From Felis catus (taxonomy: Eukaryota): 64,000 bases of DNA. The translations under genes and the position numbers were made by a program. The notes under the pieces are model-generated. The model ran no database searches and was not told the DNA's origin. It was given only the letters and a program-made list of their open reading frames with translations. The stretch is from contig NC_058368.1 in NCBI RefSeq assembly GCF_018350175.1, positions 186,436,001 to 186,500,000 of the forward strand, read 5' to 3'. Within the stretch, counting starts at the first letter, position 1. Every line of letters begins with the position of its first letter. This document shows positions 24,093 to 35,822 of this stretch, in pieces.

Positions 24093-26899
24093 TGGTTTGT
24101 TATATTCAGTTCTAGCAAACATTTTCATATTCTCTAGCCTATCTGTCCCGTGACCAGAAGTGTTTAACTATGAGACCATTTAGACATAACCAGATGCACT
24201 GGTTTTGAGACAGCAATTCTCAGTTGCTTTGAAAAGTACTATTTTGCAGGTGTGGGCACAATTAGATATTCAATTTATGCAGGTGTTACATTTCTGACAG
24301 GCTTTTATTTTCTCTTCTTTCCCTTTCTGCCTTATCTTTTCATTTTATTTTTGTAAATCTATTTGTTAGAGTAGAGTTCTGGCCTGGAGAGCCACAGCAT
24401 TTGTCAGTGGGAGAAGGTGTAGGTGGGAACAAATATATTTTTCAAGTCACCGCCTCACTCTGAGCGCAGAGCATGGTTCCTCCTGCTGGGTGGACACCTA
24501 AGAGTGCTCTTCCCTCAGGGGCAAGCTTCGATACTTAATTTATGGATGTGCTCAGCCTGATTTTAGAAAATACCTGGTGATGTAAGACTAAGAATTAAGA
24601 AAAAAGATCAAGTTCTCACAGTAGCTGCTTGCTAATTAATCCTGGTGATTAACCACCTGAGAGAATCATCTAAGAATAGCTATATTGGGCAGTATTTCTA
24701 TTTTTTCCCCTCTACCTGTGGCTATCCACAAACAGGATGAAATAGAGGGTATTTGGAAGTGAATACTTTGACAGTTTTAAAACAATACAGCCTTGCTGTA
24801 ATTACTTTAGTAAGTTTTGCTTCAGCGAACTCTCTCGAAGAGAAGAAGGTCTGCATTTCGTTCATTTGCAGCCTTGTTTTCCTTTTCAAATAATTCACCT
24901 TGGGATATCTTCAGATGTATGCACAAAACCGTATAAAAGATTTGAGACTTTCATAAAAACAAGACTTTGGAGGCAACATGATCAATTCTAGATAGCATAA
25001 TGCATTTCACTATAAGAAATGTAGCCCTATCAGAACTGAAAAGTGTACAATTAATGCTTTCATCATATAGACAGAATCTGAATTAGTCCATTTAAATTAT
25101 CTAAAGTACGTAATAACTTATTAAATAGTCAAAAGGGTTATGCTGCGGGTATGTTTTTATATATGCACAAATTACATATAAACCATTAAAAAATGTATTG
25201 AACACCTACTATACACCAGGCACTATTTTATATTTATACACAAACCAGATGTATAATGTTGTAGAAATGTTCATATATTTATCTTAAACCTAATAATGAA
25301 TGTGTTGGTTAAAATAGTCTTAAAATCAACTTTATTGTTCCATAATTATGAGATGACATAAAATTCTACTACCCAGAGATGTTTGATAGTATTTCATTGT
25401 AGGTCACTCTAGAAAGTTCTATCTGCATACATGTATATAGAAAATTTTCAGAAATCAGATCTATAGACCATATGGAAGTATAGCATGATTTAAAAATCAT
25501 AAGAATACTTTTTTTTCAATTGTATTACCTTTTTAAATGATCATTACTATGCAGAAACTTACTGTTAGAGTCCAATTCTGCCCTCTAACAGATCACATAT
25601 ATTTACTTGAAAAGGGACTGCACTGAGCTTCATCATCCAACAGTTAGTCCATTAATTCCTTCCAATCATACCCATGGTACAGTAGGAAGATGGAACAAAC
25701 TCTACTAAGCTCAACTTCTGTGCCAGGCACTCAAAATACAGGGGTAAACAAGAAGATGTGATTCTCCATCTAACAAATTTTATATTCTGGGTACTTAAAC
25801 TTTCTCTAGTCTAGATTTAAAGGTAACTCAGCTAGATTTTAGAAATTTTGGATGTTCATCTGCGGACTACCAGGGCAAGAGACCAAATATAAAGCCTATC
25901 TAGTTCGATGCATCATATCATTCGGGTTCTAATCTCTCGTGGTAATTGCTGAAAAATGGCATTCGAGGATTTAGAGATCCTGAAACTGGCCACATACCAA
26001 CATAGTTCTTTGCAGTTCTATCATTCTGTCATATTTGGTTAGGCCTAGTATACAAAAAAAATAATTAATTTTTGAATGTTAAACATTTGTTCAAAATCAG
26101 TTATGATACCAGTCAGCATTCCCACACCTGACACATTGTGAGGACTTAATACATGTTTGTTAAGTTAATTACTCAGGTTCATCTCTTTTCAAAGTGTTAA
26201 ATTCACACTGGAATATAAAGGTAAGAATCTGCAATTCATTTCATCTATTTAGATCTCAGCTATAACATACTGATTGCATCCTGGATCAGCAGAAAGCAAA
26301 GTCAAATTTCAAAAAGGAAAAATGGCCAAAAACTACTGTTAGTTTTCACCTTAATCTGGTGTTTGCTCATCAACCACTGAACTAATCATGCTTGTGCCTT
26401 GAGTTGAGAATAGAATGGGGACATTATAGATTTAGAAAGTCCAGGGCTGTTCCTTATTGATGCAATAATTTTTTGTTGAGAGCCTGCTACGTCTTGAGTA
26501 TGTTCGACATTCTGTAAGTTAAAACACAAATAAATGTTTTTCAATATCCACCCAATCAGATCTTTATAAAAAATAATCCCAACAAACAAATCTTAGTTTA
26601 GACTAAGGATAGAACAAGAATGCTATTCTAAATGATCTTTTCTAGGAAGTTAAACACATTTTTCAAATCACCATTATTTTCAGTGTTATCATCTGTAACC
26701 AAATTTCAGAAGACAATCGCATTCATAGATTCGAACAAGAAGGGTGTTCTGGTCCTTTGTTTCATTGCTTTGTTGGTTTTTAGTGTCCTGTTTTTTAAAA
26801 ACTGATCCTTGGTATGTATATTCATATATTCTTTTTAGGAAGAAAAAATATCAGTAAGGTGAAATTGCTGCAGTATTTTTCTTCTCAACTGTGTGCAAT

Positions 26900-26975
26900 T
26901 CGTTTCTTTAGCTGTGTGTCCGTTTCCTAGGAAACCTTAGTGGAGTAATGTTTGATTGGCTGTCATGCTGGACTT
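26900..26975. promoter_or_regulatory. Candidate cis-regulatory motif cluster (RFX X-box palindrome plus inverted CCAAT and TGACAG)
   Basis: Perfect 14-bp palindrome GTTTCCTAGGAAAC at 26922-26935; TGATTGGCTGTCA at 26953-26965; motif-only evidence. Confidence 0.3.
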
Positions 26976-27339
26976 ATCATGAGAGTTCTGAGCAAAGAGT
27001 CAGAATGGCATAGCCCCAGATAAGTTGCTCCAAAGACATAACAATGCCTCTCTGTGCATATTTGCAAGCTGATGCAAACCATACTGAGTTTGAGGTGTTA
27101 CCGTGTTGCAGGAAGATCTGTGCGTGGAATTTTGAAGACTCTCCTAATAGACATGATATAGCACAATTTCTCAGTACTGCAATCTTGATCTCTTACCAGG
27201 TATTTAAAATTTGTTTTCTACCTATAGTCTTAATTAAAGATTCAAATTTGAAATTCTTAGTTGTAATACCTCTCCAGAGAAATAGAACTGTTTACTACCC
27301 TAGGATATTTTACCTGCTCATGGTTGATGATTAAAGTAT

Positions 27340-27620
27340 CCATGACATATTTTACAGTGCTATTGCACTGCTTACATAATATATTTAAAAATAATTTTCA
27401 TATCTAATACACTACAATTTATGAACTTACTGTAAATATTACCTCATTGAATTCTTTCTGGACCTATGAGTCAGGTAGACAAAAAGTCTAATTAGCTTAC
27501 TTTAAAAGATGAGATACTGGAAACCTCAAACAGATGAAACAATTCATGTGTGATCACACAACAGAAAAGCAGACATGAGACTGATATCTGCATCTGTTCA
27601 TAAACTTCAGAGTGCTCTTC
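27340..27620 (-). mobile_element. MIR
   Basis: CTCATTGAATTCTT...CCTATGAG...TTTAAAAGATGAGATACTG...GATCACACAAC. Confidence 0.55.
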
Positions 27621-27629
27621 CTAAAAATT

Positions 27630-27828
27630 TCTAATTGTCCACATCTAATAAAACAGTATGTCCTGGTTGCCTCCATTTCCAAAATATATCCCCAATTCAT
27701 CTATTTCTCTCATTTTCTGTTTTATCACTTATTTTTCCTCCAAAGTTCCATAATAAACCTCCTAAATAGTCTTTTTGATACTAATCTTCCTAAAATTCAT
27801 TCTCTCCACTGTAGCCAAGTACTTTAAA
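27630..27828 (+). mobile_element. L2, left part (resumes at 38880)
   Basis: TTCCAAAATATATCCC...AACCTCCTAAATAGTCT...ATTCTCTCCACTGTAGCCA. Confidence 0.6.
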
Positions 27829-27829
27829 A

Positions 27830-28262
27830 ATTTTAGTGTGGGTGTTTTCTGAAGTAAAATTTACATTCCATGAAAAGCACAGTTTGTAAAAACAAAACAC
27901 AATTTAGTGAGTTTTAATACATATATACTTCATGCAACTATATCAAAATTGAAATATACAACATTTTCAAAACTCCAGAAATTTCTCTCATGCCTTCTTC
28001 CAATCCCCATCCTTCAGCAGCAACCACTATTTTGATTGGTTCACAGGGAAGCTTATATAGATTAAATAATGCAGCATGTACTCTTTATTCTGCTTCTTTC
28101 CTCAATAAAATATTTTTGAAATGCATCCATATTGTTGTATGAATGAGAAGTTTGTTATTTTCGGCGCAGTGTAGTATTCCACCAAAAGAATAGACCTAAA
28201 TTTGTTTACCTATTTTACTGTTGATGGACTCTTGAGTTATTTACTATTTTTGATTATTATTT
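27830..28262 (-). mobile_element. Old L1 3' end (probably continues at 37985-38875)
   Basis: GAAGTAAAATTTACA...ACATTTTCAAAACTCCAGAAA...CAACCACTATT...TTTACTGTTGATGGAC. Confidence 0.7.
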
Positions 28263-28269
28263 CACCGTA

Positions 28270-28475
28270 ATTTTAAAGTAAAATTCTTATTTTATAATCG
28301 TTTCAGATTTACAGAAAAGAGGTAAGATAGTAAAAATAGTTCTCATATAGTTCACATCTAGTTTACCCTATTAACATCTTACATTAGTGTTGTATATTTG
28401 TTGCAACTAATAAACCACTGTTGAGACATTATTATTACCTAAAGTTCACACTTCACTCGGATTTACTTAGATTTT
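28270..28475 (-). mobile_element. L1MC-type 3' UTR, left part (resumes at 37096)
   Basis: CAGATTTACAGAAAAG...TATTAACATCTTACATTAG...ACATTATTATTACCTAAAGT. Confidence 0.75.
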
Positions 28476-29541
28476 TATTTTAGTCTTGGGCATTTTATTT
28501 TTTTCAGTTTTATTGAGAAATAATTGATGTACCTCACTGGATAAGTTGAAGGCTGAGGGCATGGTGATTTCAGTTATACATATTGTGAAATGACAACATA
28601 ATAGGTTCAGCTAACATCCATCTTCTCATATTAATAAAATAAAAAAAAAGAAAGAAAACCAGGAAAAAAGGAAAAAAATTCCCTGTGATGAAAACTCTTA
28701 CAATTTCCTCACTTAACAACTTTCCTATGTATCAAGCAATGTTAGCTACAGTCATGGTGTTATGTGTCACTAGTACTTGTACCTGGAAATATATACCTTT
28801 TGACCACCTTCAAATTTTCCCTCTCCCACTTTCACCTCTGGCAACCACAAATCTCTTTTTCTTCAAGTTTTTTTTGTTTTTGTGTTTTGTTCTGCTTTTT
28901 GATTCCACATATAAATGAGATCATGCAGTATTTGTCTTTAACTTATTTGACTTAGCATAATGGCTTCAAGGTCCATCCATGTTCTCACAAATGGAAGGAT
29001 TCTTTTTTTAATGGCTGAATAATGTTTCATTATATATAAACCAACTTCTTTATCCATTCATCCATTGATGGACATTTAGATTGATTCCATGTCTTGGCTA
29101 CTGTCAACACTACTGCTGTGAACGTGGGGATGCAGATATCTTTTCTGAATTAGTGTTTTTATTTCCTTTGGATATATTCCCAGAAATGGAATTGCTGCAT
29201 CAAATGGTAGTTCTATTCTTAATTTTTTGCTGATTTTCCATACTGTTTTCTATAGTGTTTACACCAATTTACAATCACACTAACAGTGCACAAGGGTTCC
29301 CTTTTCACCACATCCATGACAATGTTCATTATCTCTTGTCTTTTTAATAACAGTCATTCTAGTATTTGTGAGGTGACACCACATTGAAGTTTTAATTTGT
29401 ATTTTCTTAATGACAGTTTTTTTATGTACCTGTCGACCTTTCATATATCTTCTTTAAAGAAGTGTCTATTCAGGTCCTTTGCCCATTTTTAAATTTTTTT
29501 GTTTTGTTTTACTGTTTGTTTTTTGTTTGTTGCTAATGGGT

Positions 29542-29542
<1 letters not shown>

Positions 29543-29573
<31 letters not shown>

Positions 29574-29680
29574 CATATTATATATATATATATACATATA
29601 TATACATATTATATATATATACATATTTATATATGTACGTATATATATATATATATATGTACATATTTTTGTATATATTT
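29543..29680. repeat. Interrupted (TA)n microsatellite inside L1
   Basis: Directly visible. Confidence 0.95.
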
Positions 29681-30696
29681 TAAGTATTAACCCTTTACCA
29701 GATATATGGCATGGAAATATTTTTTCCTAATCCTTAGGTTTTCTTTTCACTTTTTTCATGACTTCTTTTGCTGAGCAGAAGCTTTTTAGTTGATATTCCA
29801 TTGTTAATCTTTCATTTCGTGGTTTGTACTTTAGGTGTCATATCCAAAACATCATTAACAAGACCCATATAAAGAAGCTTTATTTCTATGTTTTCTTCTA
29901 GGAGTTTAATTGTTCAGGTCTTACATTTAAGTCCTTAATCCATTTTGAATTGATTTCTGTCAGTAGCATAAGCCTAGTTTCTTTCTTTTACATGTGAATA
30001 TCCAGTTATTCTAACACCATTTATTGGAAATACTTTTTTTTCTCCATTAAATATTCTTAGCTCCCTTGTCAAATATTAGTTTGCCATATAAGCTTGGGTT
30101 TATTTATGGGCTCTCAGTTCTGTTCTGTTGGTCTATATTTTTGTTTTTATGCCAGCACTATACTTTTTTGATGACTATAGCTTTATAGTATATCTTGAAA
30201 TCAGGAGGTATGATACCTCCTGCCTTTTTCTTCTTTCTCGAGATTTCATTGGCTATTTGAAGTCTTTCCTGGTACTACATGAATTTTATGAGTGTTTTCT
30301 CTACTTCTGTGAAGAATGACATTGGAATCTTGATAGAGATTATATTGCATCTATACATGGATCTTAGTGGTACTCACATCATAACAATATTAATTCTTCT
30401 AATCCATGAACACAGGGTACATTTATTTATTTGGTTTTGTTCAATTTCTTTCATCAATGTTTTATAGTTTTCAGAGTAGGGATCTTTCACCTTAATTAAA
30501 TTTATTCCCAAATATTTTATTGTTTTTGATGCTATTGTATATGGGATCAATTTATTTTTCAAAAAAAAAAGTTCATGCATAGACACATTACTGATTTTTA
30601 TGTTAATTTTTCATCCTGCAACTTTGCTGAATTTATTGATTAGATCAAACAGTTGACAATTTAGGATTTTCTGCATATAAAATTATGTCATTTCCC

Positions 30697-30844
30697 TTTT
30701 TTTTAATGTTTATTGATTTATTTTGAGTTATTTTATTATCAGTGCATAGCCTGATGTTGGACTTGAACCCACAAACTGTGAGATCATGACCTGAGCCGAA
30801 ATTAAACGTTGGACACTTAACTGACTGAGCTACCCAGGCACCCC
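30697..30844 (-). mobile_element. Internally deleted CAN-SINE
   Basis: Head and tail present, (CT)n region absent; TSD TAAA(A/G)TTATGTCATTTCC at 30678-30695 and 30845-30862. Confidence 0.9.
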
Positions 30845-31610
30845 TAAAGTTATGTCATTTCCAAACAGAGAAAATTTACTTCTTCCTTTCCAATTCTAAC
30901 ACTTTCATTCATATTTTTCTTGCCTGATTGTTCTAGCTAGGACTTCTAGTATTATGTTGAATAAGAGTGGTGAAAGTATGCACCCTTGTTTTGTTCCTGA
31001 TCTTAGAGGAAAATCTTTCCATCCTTCACCAATAAGTATGATGTTAGCTGTGGGCTTGCCATATATAGCCTTTATTATGTTGAAATATGTTTCTTCTATG
31101 CCAAATTTGTTAAAAGTTTATATCATGATTAAGTGTTGAATTTTGTCAGATGCTTCTGTACCCATTGAGATGACCATGTGATTCTTTTATTCTATTAATG
31201 TGATTTATCCATTGATTGATTTGTATATACTGAACATCCTTCAAACCCACAGATAAATCCCAATGGATTATGGTGAATGATCCTTTTAACGTATTGCTAC
31301 ATTTGGTTTACTAACATTTTATTGAGAATTTTTCATCTATATTCATTAAAGGTATTGGTATGAATATTTCTTTTCTAGTAGCAACCTTTTTTGGTTTTTG
31401 GTATCAGGATAATGCTGGCCTCATAAAATGAGTTTGGGAGTCTCCCCTCTTTGATTTTTGGAAGAGTTTGAGAATCATTATTGCTAATTTTTCTTTAAAT
31501 GTTTGGTAAAATTCACCAATGAAACCATCTGATCCTTTACTTTTCTTTTTCTTTGTAGGGAGATCTTGATTACTGATTCCATCTCCTTAGTAATAATTGG
31601 TTTATTCAGA

Positions 31611-31646
31611 TTTTCTTTTTTCTTTTTCTTTTTTTTTCTTTCTTTG

Positions 31647-31681
<35 letters not shown>
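31611..31681. repeat. T-rich / poly(T) tract
   Basis: Directly visible. Confidence 0.95.
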
Positions 31682-31683
<2 letters not shown>

Positions 31684-33050
31684 CTAACTCAGTACAAGTA
31701 AGTTGTATGTTTCTAAGAATTTTTTACTTATTCTAGGTTGTTTAGTTTGTTGGCATATAGTTCTTTATACTACCTTCTTATGATCCTTTGAATTCTGTGA
31801 GATCTGTTCTGGTGTCTCCTTTTTCATTTATAACTTTGATTTGGGTCCTTTCTCTTTTTTCCTTGGTTAGTTTAGATAAGGGTCTGTCTCTTGTTTATCT
31901 TTCCAAAGAAGTAACTTAGTTTGTTTAATATTTTCTATTGTTTTTCTGTTCTTCATTTCATTTATTTCTGTTCTAATTTGTATTCCCTTTTTTTATGTGA
32001 AATCTGGTCTCAGTTTATCTTTATTTTACTATTACTTAAGTATAGAGTTAGGTTGTTTATTTGGGATCTTCTTTTTTCTTAATGTAGGTGTTTATTGCTA
32101 TGAACTTCCCCCTTATGACTGCTTTTGTGAAATATCATATGTTCTGATATATTGTATTTCCATTTTAATTCCTCTCAAGAAACTTTTTTATTTATCCTTT
32201 ATTCTTTGATCCATTGGTTGTTCATGAGAATGTTATTTAATTTCCATTTGTTCATGAATTTTCCAGTTTTCATGTTGTTATTGATTTCTAGTTTCATGTC
32301 ATGAAACTAGTGGTCAGAGAAGACACTTGGTATAATTTCAATATTGATTTGCTATGTATGACTTGTTCTGTGGCCTACATGGGGTATATCCTAAAAAGTA
32401 TGTTCCATGTATACTTGAGAAGAATGTATATTCTGGTATTCGATAGAATGTTCTTTGTATGTCTGTTAGGTCTAATTGGTCTACAGTGTTGTTCAAATCC
32501 ACTGTTTCATTATTGATTCTCTCTCTGGATGACCTTTCCATTGTTGACAGTGGACAATTACAGTCTCCAACTATTAGTATATTATTGTTTATTTCTCATT
32601 TTAACTATGTTAGTTTTTGCTTTATATATGTAAGTGCTCCAATGTTGGGTGTGTAAATATTTACAATTGTTATATCTCCTTCATGTATTGACCCCTTTAT
32701 CATTATATATGTCCTTCTTAATCTCTTTTTACTATTTCTAAAGTTTATTTCTGATATATGTATAACTATCTGCTTTTTTTTGTTGTTATTGTAACCACTT
32801 GCTTGAAATATCTATTTACATACCTTCATTCTCAGTCTACGTGTGTTTTTAAGGCTATATCTCTTGTAGACAACATATTGCAGAACATTTTTTTTTCTTT
32901 TTTTTTAAATTCACTCAGCCATTCTATGTCTTTAATTGGAGAATTTAATTCATTTATATTTAAAGTAACCATTGATAGGTAAGAACTTACTGTTGGCTAT
33001 TTTGTTATTTTCTAGCTGTTTTGTAGATCTATTTTTTATCTAGCTGTCTT

Positions 33051-33162
33051 TTTTTTTTAATGTTTTTTTTTTTAAAGTAAACTACCTCCAGCATGAGGCT
33101 TGAACTCATGACCCCACGATCAAGAGTTGCATGTTCTACTGACTGAGCCAGCCAGGTGCCCC
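33051..33162 (-). mobile_element. Short tRNA-Lys-like SINE / retro-copy without the (CT)n body
   Basis: Reverse complement GGGGCACCTGGCTGGCTCAGTCAGTAGAACATGCAACTCTTGATCGTGGGGTCATGAGTTCAAGCCTCATGCTGG then A-tail; TSD ATCT(A/T)GCTGTCTT. Confidence 0.85.
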
Positions 33163-33478
33163 ATCTTGCTGTCTTTTTTTGCGTGTGTTGTGAAGTCTTT
33201 TGCTTTCATATGCTTTGACTTCTTATCATGTTCTTTTGTGTAATGACTACAAGATTTTCCTTTGTTACCATGAGGCTTACATAAAATATTTTAAACATAC
33301 AACACTCTATTTTAAACTGATAACAACTTAACTTCAATACAATTTGTAAACTTTGCACTTTTGCTTCTCTTCTCCTTCACATTTTAGGTTATTTCTATTA
33401 CAATTTAAATGTGTTTTTATATTGTTAACTAATAACAGATTATTATAATTAAGGTTATTGTTACTTCATTTATTGTTT

Positions 33479-33681
33479 TATTTTTTTAGTATTAATTTAT
33501 TTTTGATAAAGAGAGTGGGGAGAAGCAGAGAGAGAAGAAGACACAGAATCTGAAGCAGGCCTCAGGCTCCCAGCTGTCAGCACAGAGCCTGATGTGGGGC
33601 TCGAACTCACGAACCATGAGATCATGACATGATGTGAGCTGAAGTTGGACGCTTTAACCAACTGAGCCACCCAGGTGCCCC
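33479..33681 (-). mobile_element. CAN-SINE
   Basis: Antisense body; TSD ACT(T/A)CATTTATT. Confidence 0.95.
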
Positions 33682-33990
33682 ACTACATTTATTCTTTAAA
33701 AAAGAGTATTTAAGCGAAATATGCATCACCATTACCATATTGTAAAATCTAATTTTGACTATGTATTTAAAATTACCAACTATTACTAATGAGATTTACA
33801 CTATCTTTTTATGTTTTTGTGATGTTAATTGGCATCCTTTTATTTCCACTGAAAGAGCTCCCTTCAGCACTTCTTATAGGGTAAGTATGATGGTAATAGA
33901 GTCCCTCAGCTTTTGTGTGTTTAGAAAAATCTTTATTCTTCATTTATTTCTGAAGGACAGGTTTGCCAGGTATAAAATTCTTGACTGACA

Positions 33991-34199
33991 GGGGTGTCTG
34001 GTTTGCTCAGTCTGTTAAGTGTCTGACTTTTGCTCAGGTCATGATCTCACAGTTCGTGAGTTTGAGTCCCATATCATGCTCTGCGCTGACAGCTCAGAGC
34101 CTGGAGCCTGCTTTGGATTCTGTGTCTCCCTCTCTCTCCGCCCCTCCCACACTCACACACACACTCTCTCTCTAAAACAAATAAACATTTAAAAAAAAA
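33991..34199 (+). mobile_element. CAN-SINE (older)
   Basis: GGGGTGTCTGG head; its TSD AATTCTTGAC lies at ~33977 and ~34446, displaced by the next SINE. Confidence 0.95.
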
Positions 34200-34207
34200 G
34201 AATTCTT

Positions 34208-34433
34208 TTTTTTTTTTTAATTTTTTTTTTCAACGTTCATTTATTTTGGGGACAGAGAGAGACAGAGCATGAACGGGGGAGGGGCAGAGAGAGAGGGAGA
34301 CACAGAATTGGAAACAGGCTCCAGGCTCTGAGCCATCAGCCCAGAGCCTGACACGGGGCTCGAACCCACGGACCGCGAGATCGTGACCTGGCTGAAGTCG
34401 GACGCTTAACCGACTGTGCCACCCAGGCGCCCC
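34208..34433 (-). mobile_element. Young felid CAN-SINE inserted at the tail of the previous SINE
   Basis: CpG-rich body; TSD T(A)9-10GAATTCTT at 34190-34207 and 34434-34452. Confidence 0.97.
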
Positions 34434-35755
34434 TAAAAAAAAAAGAATTCTTGACAGTTATTCTTGAAGTTATTTTTTTCCCTATTTTGAATATAACCTT
34501 TCATTCGTTCCTTGAAATTACTATTGAGAAATCTGCAATAATATTATGGGGGTTTGTTTCCTTGTACATAACTTCTCTCTTTTTTATTGTCACTCAAAAT
34601 TCTTTCTTTATCTTTGACTTTTGTAAATTTAGTTATAATGTGTTTTGGTGTAGCCCTATTGGATTCAAGTATTTGGGTCCTTTGGGATTTATGGATCTGG
34701 ATATCCATGTCTCTCCCCATTTGAGAATTTTTGAGAATTTTTCAGCCATTGTTGCTTTAAATGTACTCTCTGTCCTTTTTTCTTCTTTTCCAGGAATTCT
34801 TTAATGCAGATATTGTTTCTTTTCTTTGTGTCTTATAATTCCCATGGTTTTTTTTTTTTTTTTCATTCTTTTTCTTGTTGCTTTGTCAGGGTAATTTCCA
34901 ATTTCCTACCCTCCAGATGATTGATTCTTTCTTCTATATGGTTGAGCCTATTTTTGAAACTTTTAATTGAATTCTTCAATTTAGTTATTGCATTTTTCAA
35001 CTCTAGGATCTTCTCTGTGTCTGTATGTTTTGATGTTTGCTATTTCTCTGTCAAACTTCTTGTTTTGTTCATACATTGTTTTACTAATTTTGTTTAGTTG
35101 TCTGTGTTTTCTTATAGTTCACTAAACTTTGTTAAGATTATTCTGAATTCTTTATCTGATAATTCATAGATCTCCATTTCTTTGGGGCCAGTTTATTGGA
35201 GATTTATTAGTTTCCTCTGGTGGTATCACATTTACTTGAATTTTTGGTGATTCTTGACTACTTACATTGACATCTGCATATTGAGTAATTGGGCTCCTCT
35301 TCCAGACTTAACATGTTTGCTTTGGCAGAAACAGTTCTTCATCAGTTAGCTTAGTTTAGGTTTCTGGGTGCTTCTGCTATTATGGTCTATTTTTGGATGT
35401 GGCAACTGTCCAAACTCTGAAGACACAATAGGGAGTGTGACACTGGCTGAGAAGAGTTGGATAAGACTGCTGGCTTGGTTCTCTACCCAAATGTGGCTGT
35501 AGTATAGGTTCTGCACTTGCCTGGATTCTCTGGTGAGGCTTACTAAATGGCCAGGACTAGGTACTCCATTCTATAGTAAATGGGGAGATGAATTAGCTTC
35601 CCTTCCCTGACAGAGCAGCAGGATGGGACCCAGGGCCTGTACAGTTCATTGTTTGAAGACCCCAAATCAGGCAAGAGTGTGCACTGAATTCCCTGATTAG
35701 GAGAGGCCACCTTATGCTGTTCAGATGGGAGAAGCCATGGGTTGTGCTCTTTGTT

Positions 35756-35822
35756 CCACTGTACATAGGGCTATTGTATATAGTGCTACTGTATATAGGT
35801 GCCACTATACATAGGGCTATTG
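35756..35822. repeat. ~15-bp minisatellite, 4 units, in the L1 5' UTR
   Basis: TACATAGGGCTATTG / TATATAGTGCTACTG / TATATAGGTGCCACTA / TACATAGGGCTATTG. Confidence 0.85.

Noticed and set aside
26922..26960. MHC class II S-X-Y promoter module
   Set aside because: The X-to-Y spacing is shorter than in the HLA-DRA-type module as I recall it, and no X2 or S box is visible; kept only as a generic motif cluster.
17798..29680. Self-complementary TA-rich stretches (17798-17897 and 29543-29680) as structured RNA or CRISPR-like arrays
   Set aside because: They are simple (TA)n microsatellites; the symmetry is trivial and there is no repeat-spacer organisation.
33051..33162. Functional tRNA-Lys gene
   Set aside because: It has the SINE leader, an A-tail, a TSD and multiple stem-disrupting substitutions, so it is a retro-copy.
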